This document shows, piece after piece, positions 8,296 through 18,453 of a stretch of 64,000 nucleotides of DNA. Position numbers and translations under genes: made by a program. The DNA is from Verrucomicrobiota bacterium (GTDB lineage Bacteria; Verrucomicrobiota; Verrucomicrobiia; Limisphaerales; BJHT01): assembly GCA_014193395.1 (NCBI GenBank), contig BJHT01000007.1:1005-65004 (forward strand), written 5' to 3'. The stretch's first letter is position 1. The number at the start of each line of letters is the position of its first letter. The notes under the pieces are model-generated. The model made no database searches. It saw only the letters and a list, made by a program, of their open reading frames with translations, and was not told where the DNA came from.

Positions 8296-10890
8296 ATGGC
8301 ATTTTCACAGCTTCACCGGCGCCCGCTCATTTTCTGGAGCGGTTGCCTCCTCGCAATCATCGCGGCTTGGACATCGATGCCGGCCGTTTCAGGAGCAGTG
8401 CTGGACAAGCAAAAGGCGCTGGAAACGCAGACCTTCTGGGACAACCGCGATTGGGATTGGTTCAAGGCGACGATCCCGTTTTTCGAGTGTCCGGACGCGG
8501 AGTTGGTAACGACGTATTATTACCGGTGGGAGCTGGTGACGAAGCATCTCACGTATGGGTCGCCGAACAGCGGATACAGTTTTACGGAGTTCACCGACCG
8601 GCCGTTCTGGAGCGGGGCGTACGGGGCGATCAGTTGTCCGGCGGGGCATCAGCTTTACGAGGTGCGCTGGCTGCGGGACCCGCGGTATGCGCGGGATTAC
8701 GCGCGGTATTGGTTCCGAACGCCGGGTGCGCAGCCGCGCAACTACGGCTGCTGGCTCACGGACGGCGTGTGGGCGGCGCACGAGGTGCATCCGGACGCGG
8801 CGTTCGTGAAGGACTTGCTGCCGGACTTGAAGCGCAACTACGAGGCGTGGGAGAAGCGGCAATTCGTGCCGGAGGTCGGGCTGTTCTGGCAGAACGGGCA
8901 CGACGACGGAATGGAATTCAACATCAACAGCCGGCAAACGAAGGACATTCTGCGCGGCGCGAACGGCTACCGTCCGGGATTCAACGCCTACATGTATGCG
9001 GATGCGCTCGCGATCGCGCGGGTGGCGCGGCTGGCGGGCGACGACGCGACGGCACGGACGTATGAGGTGAAGGCGGCGGGGCTGAAGGAGAAAGTCCAGA
9101 AGCTGTTGTGGGATCCGAAGCGCGAGTTCTTTTTCCCGATGTCGATGCGGGACGAGACGGACAAGGAGGGGAACGTGGTGAAGAAACATACGCTCACGTA
9201 TCAATCGGGGAGGTTCGCAGGGAGTCCGCACGGGCGCGAATTGCACGCCTATATCCCCTGGCAGTTTAATCTGCCGGACGCGGGCTTTGAGTCGGCGTGG
9301 AAGTTCTTGATGGACCGCGATTTTTTCTTCGCCGACTTCGGGCCGACGACGGTGGAGCGCCATGATCCCCTGTTTTTGTTGAAGAACTCGTGCTGCTGGT
9401 GGAGCGGGCAGTCGTGGCCGTATGCGACGGCGCAGACGCTGAAGGCGCTGGCGAATCTGCTGCACAACTACCGGCAGAACGTGGTGACGCGGGCGGATTA
9501 CGTGAAGCAGTTGGGCATCTTCGCGCGGTCGCATCGGAAGCAGGGCAAGCCGTATCTGGCCGAGGCGTTGCATCCGGACACGGGGTTGTTCGAGGGGCAC
9601 GACGGCTACAATCACAGCGAGCATTATTTCCACAGCAGCTTCAACGATCTGGTGATCACGGGGCTGGTGGGCTTGAAGACGCGGGCGGATGACGTGGTGG
9701 AGATTGATCCGCTGGCACCGGCGGAGTGGGCGTTTTTCGCGCTGGACGACGTGCCGTATCGCGGCCGGCGGCTGAGCATTTTGTGGGACAAGGACGGGAC
9801 GCGGTATCAGCACGGGGCGGGCTTGCGCGTGCTGGCGGACGGGAAGGAAATCGCGTCGCTCCCGACGCTGGGGAAGATTTCCGCGACGCTCCCGACGGCG
9901 GCTGCCGCAGCGGTGGGAACGGCGAGCGCTGCGGGCGCGAGCGGGAAGACATTGCTGAACTACGCGGTGAACAACGACGGGGATTATTATCCGCGGTTCA
10001 CCGCATCGCATACCGATCCGAAGACGCCGCTGAACAAGGTCAACGACGGTCATGCGTGGTACACGGTGCATCCGCCGAATCGCTGGACGACGGCAGGCTC
10101 GACGAATGCAACGGACTGGCTGGCGGTGGATTTCGGCGCGGCGCGGCGCGTGAGCGAGGTGCGGCTGTATTGGCTCGACGACGGCACGAACGTGGTGGCG
10201 CCGAAGTCGTACACGTTGGAGCAGTGGGAAGGAGATGGCTGGAAGAAGATTCCAGGACAGCAGCGGAATCCCGAGGTCGCGGCGGGGCACCGGGCGAACG
10301 TCGTGCGCTTAGCGGCACTCGACACGCGGAAGCTGCGGGTCGTCTTCGCGCATGCGGCCAGCGGGCGGACGGGGTTGAGCGAGTTCGAGGCGTGGGGCGA
10401 GGGATCGCTGCCGTATGAGCCGGCACCGCCGCCGCCGGGGAATCTGGCGTTGAACATGAAGGGCGAGGGATTTCCCAAGGCGACGGCGTCGTTCAGCGAT
10501 CGTTACGGCGGAGTGGCGAAGTCGGCGATTGACGGGAAGGTCAATTACCGCCCGACACCGGTGAACCGCTGGACGAGCTACGGCTCGACCAACGCGACGG
10601 ACTGGCTGGAGGTGGATTTCGGCGCGGCGCGCGAGGTTGGGCGGGTGGAGTTATACATTTACGATGATCGCGGCGGAGTGCAGCCGCCGGCGAGTTACAC
10701 GGTGCAGGGCTGGTTTGATGGCGATTGGCGCGAGCTGGCGGCGCAGGTGAAGACACCCGCCAATCCCACGGGGAACATGATTAACACGGTCCGCTTCTCG
10801 CGCGTGACCACAACGAAGCTGCGGGTGGTGTTCACACACCGCGAGAAATCGCGGAGCGGTGTGACGGAACTGGAAGTCTGGAAAGAGTGA
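8296..10890 (+). CDS. Secreted (alpha/alpha)6-type glycoside hydrolase (GH63/MGH1-like) with two C-terminal F5/8 type C (discoidin/CBM32-like) domains
   Basis: 864-aa ORF with an N-terminal signal-like segment (LIFWSGCLLAIIAAWTSMPAVSG). Two repeats of NATDWL(A/E)VDFGAAR.VxxVxLY..DD...V..P.SYT carry the discoidin-domain signature. The GH family assignment is tentative. Confidence 0.7.
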   Translation: MAFSQLHRRPLIFWSGCLLAIIAAWTSMPAVSGAVLDKQKALETQTFWDNRDWDWFKATIPFFECPDAELVTTYYYRWELVTKHLTYGSPNSGYSFTEFTDRPFWSGAYGAISCPAGHQLYEVRWLRDPRYARDYARYWFRTPGAQPRNYGCWLTDGVWAAHEVHPDAAFVKDLLPDLKRNYEAWEKRQFVPEVGLFWQNGHDDGMEFNINSRQTKDILRGANGYRPGFNAYMYADALAIARVARLAGDDATARTYEVKAAGLKEKVQKLLWDPKREFFFPMSMRDETDKEGNVVKKHTLTYQSGRFAGSPHGRELHAYIPWQFNLPDAGFESAWKFLMDRDFFFADFGPTTVERHDPLFLLKNSCCWWSGQSWPYATAQTLKALANLLHNYRQNVVTRADYVKQLGIFARSHRKQGKPYLAEALHPDTGLFEGHDGYNHSEHYFHSSFNDLVITGLVGLKTRADDVVEIDPLAPAEWAFFALDDVPYRGRRLSILWDKDGTRYQHGAGLRVLADGKEIASLPTLGKISATLPTAAAAAVGTASAAGASGKTLLNYAVNNDGDYYPRFTASHTDPKTPLNKVNDGHAWYTVHPPNRWTTAGSTNATDWLAVDFGAARRVSEVRLYWLDDGTNVVAPKSYTLEQWEGDGWKKIPGQQRNPEVAAGHRANVVRLAALDTRKLRVVFAHAASGRTGLSEFEAWGEGSLPYEPAPPPPGNLALNMKGEGFPKATASFSDRYGGVAKSAIDGKVNYRPTPVNRWTSYGSTNATDWLEVDFGAAREVGRVELYIYDDRGGVQPPASYTVQGWFDGDWRELAAQVKTPANPTGNMINTVRFSRVTTTKLRVVFTHREKSRSGVTELEVWKE

Positions 10891-10971
10891 CCTGCCGCCC
10901 GCAGTTCGCGCCGGCCAGTCGCGCCGCAAACGCGGTTCGCGAGTTCGAGTTCAAAATGCAGGCGAATCCCG

Positions 10972-11068
10972 GCTTCTCTCCCCTGCCTCCTTGCCCCTGA
11001 TCCCTGAGTTCTGACTCCTGCCTCTTGTCCCCTGACTCCTGTCCCCTGCTTCCGGCCTCCTGTTCCCA
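10972..11068. repeat. Pyrimidine-rich degenerate tandem tract (CCCCTGAYTCCTG-like units)
   Basis: CTTCTCTCCCCTGCCTCCTTGCCCCTGATCCCTGAGTTCTGACTCCTGCCTCTTGTCCCCTGACTCCTGTCCCCTGCTTCC..., between the convergent GH and E2 genes. Confidence 0.65.
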
Positions 11069-11070
11069 GC

Positions 11071-12279
11071 TCAGAGCTTTTCCGGCTCCTGCAACAAAGC
11101 CGCGATGCGCGTGAGCAGCCGCCCCGCCGCGCCGCCGTCAAGCACGCGATGGTCGAAGCTGAGCGTGAGATTCGCCTCCATCACGGGCACGAACTGCTGC
11201 TTCGCCTCGTCCCAGAACGGCGTCTTGCGCCCCGCGCCGAGGCCGAGCACGAGCGTTTGTTCGGGCAACGGAATGGGCGTGGCCCACGTGAGTCCGAACG
11301 TGCCGAAGTTAGTGACGGTCGCGATGGAATTGCCGGTGGCGTTGGGCGGGAGACGGCGCTGGCGAGCGAGTTCGACGAGTTCATCGTAGCGCCCGACGAG
11401 TTCACCCAGCGGAGTCTGGTCCACCTTGCGCAACACCGGCACCAGCACGCCGTCCTCGGCCTCGACGGCGAATCCGAGATCGATGGCCAGCGGATGCACG
11501 ATCTTGTTGCCGACGAGCCGGCCGGCGGGCGCGCTGTTTTCCGCCAGTGCGAGCGCGAGCGCGCGCAACGCATACAACGCCGGGCCGGCCTTGCGCTCGC
11601 AGCGTTTGCGATGCGCCAGCAGGCGGTCCAGCGCCACCGGCAGGCCGACGGTCGCCAGCGGGCGCGTCCAGCTTCGCCGCATCGCATCGGCCACGGCCAC
11701 GCGCATCGAGGACGCCTGCGTGAGCCGGTGTTTCTCCAAACTGGAAACAAACAACTCGAAGTCCTGGATGGTCACGCGCCCCGCCGCGCCGCTGCCGGCC
11801 ACGCCTGCCAGATCGGCCGCGTGCAAGCCCAGCTCCTGCATCCGGGCCTTGAGCCGTGGCGACAAAAAGCTCGCGCCCGCCGCGTGTGCGGGCACGGGCA
11901 GGCCGCGCACGGTCGGCTCCACGCCCGCGCGCGCCGCCGGGGCCGGCGTGTTCGCGCCGTGGTTCGCGGGAAGTGACGAACTCTCCGTCGCCGAGGCAGG
12001 AGTGCGCGGATCAAGCCCGCGCCGCGCTGATTCTTCGGCCGTCGCCTCGATCTGCCCAAGCACCACGCCCACGGGATAGCTCTCATCCACCCGCGCGCTG
12101 ATGCTCGTGACGCGTCCCCGGCACGGCGCGGCCACCGTCATGGTCGCCTTGTTGGTCTCGACCTCGAACAGGTCCTGGTCTGCCTCCACGTCGTCGCCCG
12201 GCTGGACGAGCAATCGTACGATGGTGGCCTCGGCGATGGATTCGCCGAGCTGCGGCATGATGATGGGGATGTGCGGCAT
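11071..12279 (-). CDS. 2-oxoacid dehydrogenase complex E2, dihydrolipoamide acyltransferase
   Basis: Lipoyl domain (EVETNKATMTV), peripheral subunit-binding segment (SPRLKARMQELGL) and a C-terminal catalytic domain with the DHRVLDG motif. Confidence 0.9.
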   Translation of the reverse strand: MPHIPIIMPQLGESIAEATIVRLLVQPGDDVEADQDLFEVETNKATMTVAAPCRGRVTSISARVDESYPVGVVLGQIEATAEESARRGLDPRTPASATESSSLPANHGANTPAPAARAGVEPTVRGLPVPAHAAGASFLSPRLKARMQELGLHAADLAGVAGSGAAGRVTIQDFELFVSSLEKHRLTQASSMRVAVADAMRRSWTRPLATVGLPVALDRLLAHRKRCERKAGPALYALRALALALAENSAPAGRLVGNKIVHPLAIDLGFAVEAEDGVLVPVLRKVDQTPLGELVGRYDELVELARQRRLPPNATGNSIATVTNFGTFGLTWATPIPLPEQTLVLGLGAGRKTPFWDEAKQQFVPVMEANLTLSFDHRVLDGGAAGRLLTRIAALLQEPEKL

Positions 12280-12282
12280 GGG

Positions 12283-13248
12283 CTAAAGCTGGAGCAACCG
12301 CCGCACCGCCTCGCAGATGCTGCGGGCCGTGGGCCGGTGGCTGGTCCACAGATTCGGATGAAACGGCACCGGCGTGTCCTTCGCGTTCAGGCGCTGCGGC
12401 GGCGCGTCGAGCAGGCCGAAGCCCTCCGTCGCCACGCGCGCGATCACCTCGGCCGTCACGCCACCCCACGGCCACGCCTCGCTCACGCACAACAGCCGGC
12501 CCGTGCGCGCGACCGACGCGATCACGGTGTCCGTGTCGAGCGGCTTCACCGTGCGCAAATCCACGACCTCGACCTCCGTGCCTTCGCCGGCCAGTTCCGT
12601 CGCCACGGCGAGCGCCTCGTGAACCATCGCGCTGTAGGCCACGATGGTCACATCGCGCCCGGCCCGTGCGATGCGCGCCTTGCCGACCGGCAGCGCCTCC
12701 GTCGGCAGCGCCTCGGCCTTGAGGTGATAATAGAGATACTTGTGCTCGCAAAAAATCACCGGGTCATCAATCGCCACCGCCTCGAGCAACATGCTGTAGG
12801 CGTCCTCGACCGTCGCCGGCGTCATCACCACCAAGCCCGGATACAACGCGTACAAGCCCTCCAAACATTGGCTGTGAAACGGCCCGCTCCCGGTCGTCCC
12901 GCCCGACGGCAGCCGGATCGTGATCGGACACGGCACGCCCGTCCGCCAGTGAAACGCGCCCGCGTGATTCACAATCTGGTTGAAACCCACAGTCGAAAAA
13001 TCCGCGAACTGCATTTCAATAATCGGCCGCATCCCCTCGATCGCCGCGCCAATCGCCGAACCCACCATCGCGTCTTCGCTGATCGGCGCGTCGAGCACGC
13101 GGCCGGGAAATTCCTGCGCCAGATTTTTCGTCGCCTTGAACGCGCCCCCGAAGCTCCCGACATCCTGCCCGTAGATGAACACCCGCGGATCGTCCCGCAG
13201 CGCGCGCGCCTGCGCTTCGCGAATGGCCTCGAGGTACGTGATGCTCAT
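12283..13248 (-). CDS. 2-oxoacid dehydrogenase E1 component, beta subunit
   Basis: 321 aa with the transketolase-like pyrimidine-binding pattern (FGGAFKATKNL..FPGRVLDAPISEDAMVG). It lies in an operon with E1 alpha and E2. Confidence 0.9.
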   Translation of the reverse strand: MSITYLEAIREAQARALRDDPRVFIYGQDVGSFGGAFKATKNLAQEFPGRVLDAPISEDAMVGSAIGAAIEGMRPIIEMQFADFSTVGFNQIVNHAGAFHWRTGVPCPITIRLPSGGTTGSGPFHSQCLEGLYALYPGLVVMTPATVEDAYSMLLEAVAIDDPVIFCEHKYLYYHLKAEALPTEALPVGKARIARAGRDVTIVAYSAMVHEALAVATELAGEGTEVEVVDLRTVKPLDTDTVIASVARTGRLLCVSEAWPWGGVTAEVIARVATEGFGLLDAPPQRLNAKDTPVPFHPNLWTSHRPTARSICEAVRRLLQL

Positions 13249-14330
13249 GGCGCGGGCACCGTGGAACCCTGCGATGCGGGGAGCTGCTCGCGCGATGCCT
13301 CAGCGGGAAAGCCATCCTTCATCCGTGGCGTTGCCAGCGCGCACCACGTCTCCTGAAACGGATCGGGCGTCGGCTCGCGCTGCACCGAGTTCACCGCCTC
13401 CTCGACGCGCCGCACCGATTCACCGCGCCACGCCGCCAATTCCGCCTCCGTCGCCCAACCGTCCGCGCGCAACCGCTCCTCCGCCACCACCAGACAATCC
13501 CGCCCCAGCTCCGACTGCTTCAACCCGGGATCAATGTAGCTCGCGTCGTCGTGCTCGCCGTGCCCGCACAGGCGCAGCAGCCGCGCCACGACGAGCTGCG
13601 GTCCGCCGCCGGCCCGCGCATTGCGCACCGCCTTGCCGACCACCGCGAGACACTCGGCCACATCGGTGCCATCCAGCGCCGAGCCGGTGACGCCGTAGCC
13701 GATCGCGCGATCCACGAGCGAGCGACAGGCAAACTGCCGCGAACTGTGAGTCGAATACGCGTACTGATTATCCGCCACCACCAGCACCAACGGCAGCCGC
13801 TCGACGCCCGCCTGATTCAACGCCTCGTGAAACGCCCCCGTCGAAGTCGCGCCCTCGCCGATGCACGCCGCGCCCACTCCCTGCGGTTCGCCCTTGAACC
13901 GCCGCGCGAGCAGCATCCCGTTCACCACCGAAATCATCGCGCCGAGATGGCTCAACATCGGCAGATACCCATCACGCGGCCGGCCCCGATGAACATTGCC
14001 GTCGCGCCCGCGCATCGGCCCGAGCACCGACCCGAGATAAGTCCGCGCCGCCTCCACCAACGTCTCGCCAAACGCCAGCCGCCCAGCGCCATCGCGGATC
14101 AACGGTGCAAACACATCGCCCGGCCGCAGCGACATCCCGACCGCGGCGCTCAACGCTTCCTGCCCGCGCCCCAGGTAAACTCCCCCGTGAATTTTTCCCG
14201 CCCGGTAAAGACTCGCGAACTTCTCGTCCAACACCCGCGCCAGCAGCATCCACCGATACGCCGCAACGATGCTCTCGCGCAGTGACGACACCACGGACGC
14301 ACCCTGAACGCCGGCAACGGATTGAACCAT
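13245..14330 (-). CDS. 2-oxoacid dehydrogenase E1 component, alpha subunit (TPP-binding)
   Basis: Track ORF 13245..14513. It has the TPP motif GEGATSTGAFHEALNQA...VVADNQYA. Start moved to MVQSVAG (ATG at 14330) because the extension is intergenic repeat sequence. There is a 4-nt ATGA overlap with the E1 beta gene. Confidence 0.85.
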   Translation of the reverse strand: MVQSVAGVQGASVVSSLRESIVAAYRWMLLARVLDEKFASLYRAGKIHGGVYLGRGQEALSAAVGMSLRPGDVFAPLIRDGAGRLAFGETLVEAARTYLGSVLGPMRGRDGNVHRGRPRDGYLPMLSHLGAMISVVNGMLLARRFKGEPQGVGAACIGEGATSTGAFHEALNQAGVERLPLVLVVADNQYAYSTHSSRQFACRSLVDRAIGYGVTGSALDGTDVAECLAVVGKAVRNARAGGGPQLVVARLLRLCGHGEHDDASYIDPGLKQSELGRDCLVVAEERLRADGWATEAELAAWRGESVRRVEEAVNSVQREPTPDPFQETWCALATPRMKDGFPAEASREQLPASQGSTVPAP

Positions 14331-14442
14331 GTGGTGAAAATTATTCGGTTTCAGGCGGAGGGCGCAAACGTTTCCTTTCTTTTCAATGCGCGGCAGGTGC
14401 GGCGGCGGCGTTCGCGGTCCCCGCCCGCAGCGGCGCAGGTTG

Positions 14443-14476
14443 ATCTGAGATCTGAGATTTGAAATTTCAGATCTCC
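14443..14476. repeat. Short imperfect palindrome (GATCTGAGATCTGAGATTTGAAATTTCAGATCTC)
   Basis: Read directly. It lies between the E1 alpha start and the recD2 stop. Confidence 0.7.
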
Positions 14477-14522
14477 GACCAGCGCCCGGCGGCAATCGTT
14501 GCGGAGCGGACACAATCGCCGC

Positions 14523-16784
14523 TCACGCACCGGGAATGGGCAGTTCGCCCTGCGCTTTGAACTTCGCGTTGTGCGCTTCCTCCCGCGCGCTCTCGACTTC
14601 CATCTGGAGCCGCGCCAGCAGGCCCGAGTAGCGGTCCTCAACCTTGTGATTGCGGATGGCGATGCCGAGGGCTTTGCGCTGGCCGATGAGGAGGACGAGC
14701 TGTTTGCCGCGGGTGACGCCGGTGTAGAGGAGGTTGCGCTGGAGCAGCAGGTATTGCTGCGTGGCGAGCGGGATGACGACGACGGGAAATTCCGAGCCTT
14801 GGGATTTGTGAATGGTGATGGCGTAGGCGAGCGAGATTTCATCCAGCTCGCCGTATTCGTAGGCGACTTCGCGCTGGTCGAAGCGGATGAGGACTTCCTG
14901 CTCGACGGGATCGACGCGCGTGATCTGGCCGATGTCGCCGTTGAAGACCTCTTTATCGTAGTTGTTGCGCATCTGCATGACCTTGTCGCGCAGGCGAAAT
15001 TGCCAGCCGAACTTTTCGACGAGCGGATCGTCGGGGATCGCCGGATTGAGGGCGAGTTGGAGGCGCGCGTTGAGTTCGCGGATGCCGAGCGAACCGCGGT
15101 TCATCGGACAGAGAATCTGCACGTCGCGGATGGGATCGAGGCCGAAGCGTTTGGGCACGCGCTGCTGCACCATTTCGATGAGCGTGAGCGCGATCTGCTC
15201 GGGTTCGTCGCGTTCGATGAAATAGAAATCAGTGTCCGTGCCGCGCGGCGCGAGTTCGGGCATGAGGCCGCGATTGATGCGGTGGGCATTGGTGATGATG
15301 CGGCTGCCGGCGGCCTGGCGGAAGACTTCGGTGAGCCGCACGACCGGCACCACGCCGCTGGCGATGATGTGGCTCAGCACGAGGCCGGGGCCGACGGAGG
15401 GAAGCTGATCGACATCGCCGACGAGCAGCAGCGCGGTGCGGTCGGGCAGCGCGCGCAGGAGGTGATTCATCAACGGGACATCGACCATCGAGCATTCGTC
15501 GGCGACGAGCAGGTCGCAGTCGAGCGGGTTGCCGGGATGATGCGCGAAGCCCGCCGCGCCCGCCTGCACGCCGAGCAGGCGATGGATGGTTTGCGCGTCG
15601 CAGCCGGTGGTTTCGGACAGGCGCTTGGCGGCACGGCCGGTCGGGGCGCAGAGGCGGACCTTGATCTGCTTGGCACGGAGGATGAGCAGCAGCGCGTTGA
15701 CGAGCGTGGTTTTGCCGACGCCGGGGCCGCCGGTGATGACGAGCACGCGGCTGGTGAGCGCGGTTTTCAACGCCGCCCGCTGGCTCGGCGCGAGGTCCTT
15801 GCCGGTTTTCTGTTCACACCACGCGAGCGCCTTGTCGAGATCGATGGCCGGATAATTCGGCGGTGCGGCGGCGAGGGCGCGCAGGCGGGTGGCGATCTCG
15901 CCCTCGGCCTGGAGAAGCTGCGGCAGGAAAATCATCGGCACGCCGGCGGGCGAATCCCACACGACGTCGCGATGGCTGATGGCGCGTTCGAGGGCCTGCG
16001 TGACGATGGGTTCCTGCACGAGCAGGAGTTTGCCGGCTTCGTCTTTCAACAGGTCGAGCGGGAGCGCGCAGTGGCCGTTGTTCGTGGCTTCGAGCAGAAC
16101 GTGTTGCAGGCCGGCGTTGGCGCGCAGCAACGAGTCGTGGGGAATGCCGAGCTTCTGCGCGATTTGATCGGCGGTCTTGAAACCGATGCCGGTGATGTCG
16201 CGCGCGAGCAGGTAGGGATTCTGCCGGACCTTGTCGATCGCGTCGTCGCCGTAAGTCTTGTAGATGCGCACAGCGCGGCTGGTGCTGACGCCGTTGGTGT
16301 GCAGGAAGAGCATGATTTCGCGGACGATCTTCTGCTCGGCCCAGGCGTCCTTGATGCGGCGGCGGCGCTTGGGACCGATGCCGTCGATCTCCTCGAGGCG
16401 CGCGGAGGTGTGCTCGATGGTGTTAAAAATCTGGTCGCCGAATTTCGCCACGAGCTTCTTGGCATAGACCGGGCCGATGCCTTTCACCATGCCGCTGCCG
16501 AGATATTTCTCGATGCCCTCGATGGTCGTGGGCGGCGTGCTGGCGAGCTGCGCGGCCTTGAACTGCGCGCCGAACTGCCGGTCCTGCACCCAGTGGCCCT
16601 GCGCCGTGACCCACTCGCCGGGGCTGACGGACGGCAGACTGCCGACGATGGTGACCGGCTCGCGATGGCCGCGGACCTTGACCTTGAGCACCGCGTAGCC
16701 GGTGTCCTCGTTGAAGTAGGTCACGCGCTCGATCAGGCCGGAGAGGGACTCGGGCGGGCGGTTGGTTGGGCTGGCATCGGTCAC
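14523..16784 (-). CDS. recD2: RecD2/YrrC-type ATP-dependent 5'-3' DNA helicase (SF1B)
   Basis: 753 aa with Walker A (ITGGPGVGKTT), the LLVGDVDQLPSVGPG motif, HhH-like repeats in the N-terminal half, and AITIHKSQGSEF near the C-terminus. Confidence 0.88.
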   Translation of the reverse strand: MTDASPTNRPPESLSGLIERVTYFNEDTGYAVLKVKVRGHREPVTIVGSLPSVSPGEWVTAQGHWVQDRQFGAQFKAAQLASTPPTTIEGIEKYLGSGMVKGIGPVYAKKLVAKFGDQIFNTIEHTSARLEEIDGIGPKRRRRIKDAWAEQKIVREIMLFLHTNGVSTSRAVRIYKTYGDDAIDKVRQNPYLLARDITGIGFKTADQIAQKLGIPHDSLLRANAGLQHVLLEATNNGHCALPLDLLKDEAGKLLLVQEPIVTQALERAISHRDVVWDSPAGVPMIFLPQLLQAEGEIATRLRALAAAPPNYPAIDLDKALAWCEQKTGKDLAPSQRAALKTALTSRVLVITGGPGVGKTTLVNALLLILRAKQIKVRLCAPTGRAAKRLSETTGCDAQTIHRLLGVQAGAAGFAHHPGNPLDCDLLVADECSMVDVPLMNHLLRALPDRTALLLVGDVDQLPSVGPGLVLSHIIASGVVPVVRLTEVFRQAAGSRIITNAHRINRGLMPELAPRGTDTDFYFIERDEPEQIALTLIEMVQQRVPKRFGLDPIRDVQILCPMNRGSLGIRELNARLQLALNPAIPDDPLVEKFGWQFRLRDKVMQMRNNYDKEVFNGDIGQITRVDPVEQEVLIRFDQREVAYEYGELDEISLAYAITIHKSQGSEFPVVVIPLATQQYLLLQRNLLYTGVTRGKQLVLLIGQRKALGIAIRNHKVEDRYSGLLARLQMEVESAREEAHNAKFKAQGELPIPGA

Positions 16785-16870
16785 GGCGGCGGCATCATTT
16801 GGGAAGAGCGCCGGGGGCGGGAAGCTTCATTTTCAAAGCGGGCGGCAAGCCGAGAGGGGAACGATGGAAA

Positions 16871-17060
16871 GGTCAAAGGATAAAGCTCAAAGCTCAAGGA
16901 AAGGACCAAGCACCAAGCACCACCGGGCACCGTCATAAAGCGAAGCCGTGTGGCCGGATCGGCGCCGCTGACCACGCTGACCGCCAGTTTTCGACTCCGC
17001 CAAATCGAGCTTGGACCTTGGCGCTTGGTGTTTCCCTTGAGCTTTGAACTTTGAGCTTCC
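16871..17060. repeat. Repeat family D, full palindromic copy
   Basis: The left arm ...ATAAAGCTCAAAGCTCAAGGAAAGGACCAAGCACCAAG pairs with the right arm CTTGGCGCTTGGTGTTTCCCTTGAGCTTTGAACTTTGAGC. Confidence 0.85.
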
Positions 17061-17159
17061 TCCCCGTCCGCCACCGCCATTCTCGCACAGCGCGGTGATA
17101 CGCGCACAAACCGGGAATTCACTCGACACGCCCCCCGATCTTCCTACCTTCCCGCACCT

Positions 17160-18164
17160 GTGAAAAAAGTATTAGTCACCGGCGGCGCCGGCTACAAAGG
17201 TTGCGTCCTCGTTCCCAAGCTGCTCGCGGCAGGCCACGAGGTGGTTGTCTATGATTTGATGCTCTTCGGCTCGGCCGGCCTGACGCCGCATCCGCGGCTC
17301 ACGGTCGTCACCGGCGACATCCGCGACACCGCGAAATATGCGGCGGCACTGAAGGGGTGCGACGCCGTCATCCACATGGCCGCCATTTCCAACGACCCGA
17401 GCTTCGACCTCGACCCGTCGTTGAGCCGCACGATGAACTACGAGTGCTTCGAGCCACTCATGCAGGCGACGGCTGCGGCGGGCACCGTCGAGCGCTTCAT
17501 CAACGTTTCCTCCAGTTCCGTGTATGGCGTGAGCGACGCGCCCGAAGTCACCGAAGAGCATCCGCTCGTCCCGCTCACCGACTACAACAAATACAAGGGC
17601 CTCTGCGAACCCATCGCCTTCAAATACCAGTCGCCGAAGCTCACCGTCGTCACCTTCCGCCCCGCGACCGTGTGCGGTTACTCGCCGCGGATGCGCTTCG
17701 ATCTCACGGTCAACATCCTCACCAACCACGCCTATCACCGCGGCGTCATCACCGTCTTCGGCGGCGACCAGCAGCGGCCGAACATCCACATCGAGGACGT
17801 GACCGACCTCTACGCCGCCGCGCTCACGATGCCGAAGGAAAAGCTCGCCGGCCAAATCTTCAACGCCGGCTACCAGAACCAGACCGTCAACGAATTGGCC
17901 GAGATCACGAAGAAAATCGTCGGCGAAGAATTCCCCGAACGCCCGCCCATCCGCATCGAACGCACGACTACGAACGACCCGCGCTCGTATCGCATCACCT
18001 CGCGCAAGATCGAACAGATCCTCGGCTGGCGGCCCAAGCGCACGATCGAAGACGCCGTGCGCGACCTCTGCCGCGCGTTCAAGGCCGGAAAATTCCCCGG
18101 CAACACGCTGACCGACGAATCCTTCGTCAACGTGAAGAGCGTGAAAAGACTCGGACTGAAGTAG
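17160..18164 (+). CDS. NAD-dependent sugar epimerase/dehydratase (extended SDR)
   Basis: GTG start. It has VTGGAGYKG (Rossmann) and YNKYK (YxxxK). Confidence 0.8.
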   Translation: MKKVLVTGGAGYKGCVLVPKLLAAGHEVVVYDLMLFGSAGLTPHPRLTVVTGDIRDTAKYAAALKGCDAVIHMAAISNDPSFDLDPSLSRTMNYECFEPLMQATAAAGTVERFINVSSSSVYGVSDAPEVTEEHPLVPLTDYNKYKGLCEPIAFKYQSPKLTVVTFRPATVCGYSPRMRFDLTVNILTNHAYHRGVITVFGGDQQRPNIHIEDVTDLYAAALTMPKEKLAGQIFNAGYQNQTVNELAEITKKIVGEEFPERPPIRIERTTTNDPRSYRITSRKIEQILGWRPKRTIEDAVRDLCRAFKAGKFPGNTLTDESFVNVKSVKRLGLK

Positions 18165-18246
18165 CCGGCCGCGACTTTGTGAGCGACGGCAGGACCACAG
18201 ACGACGCCCGGCGCACTCGAGCCGCCGCCGAACCGGCGCGAGCTGT

Positions 18247-18433
18247 GGAGTGCGGGGACTTGTCGCCGCTTTCCCAAGGCGACTTGTCGCCGTCGAATGT
18301 GGGGGAGTGTCATTTTGTAACGGGGGCGTTCACCGCTCGCGCCAGCGGTGGCGTGCGCTCCTGTTCGAACGCGCACGGAACGGAGACGGCGACAAGTCGC
18401 CCGCGCAAAAGCGGTGACAAGTCACCGCACTCC
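18247..18433. repeat. Nested-palindrome repeat family B (~186 bp), copy 1
   Basis: The outer arms are GGAGTGCGGGGACTTGTCGCCGCTTT / AAAGCGGTGACAAGTCACCGCACTCC. The inner arms are GGCGACTTGTCGCCGTC / GACGGCGACAAGTCGCC. The core is GCTCGCGCCAGCGGTGGCGTGCGC. Confidence 0.9.
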
Positions 18434-18453
18434 AAAGCCAGAGGAGCCTTCCT

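Noticed and set aside
16871-17060. Repeated AAAGCTCAAAGCTCAAGG units and other recurring 20-30-mers considered as a possible CRISPR array.
   Set aside because: Copies occur as inverted pairs scattered across the window. They do not form a regularly spaced direct-repeat/spacer array, and no cas genes are present.
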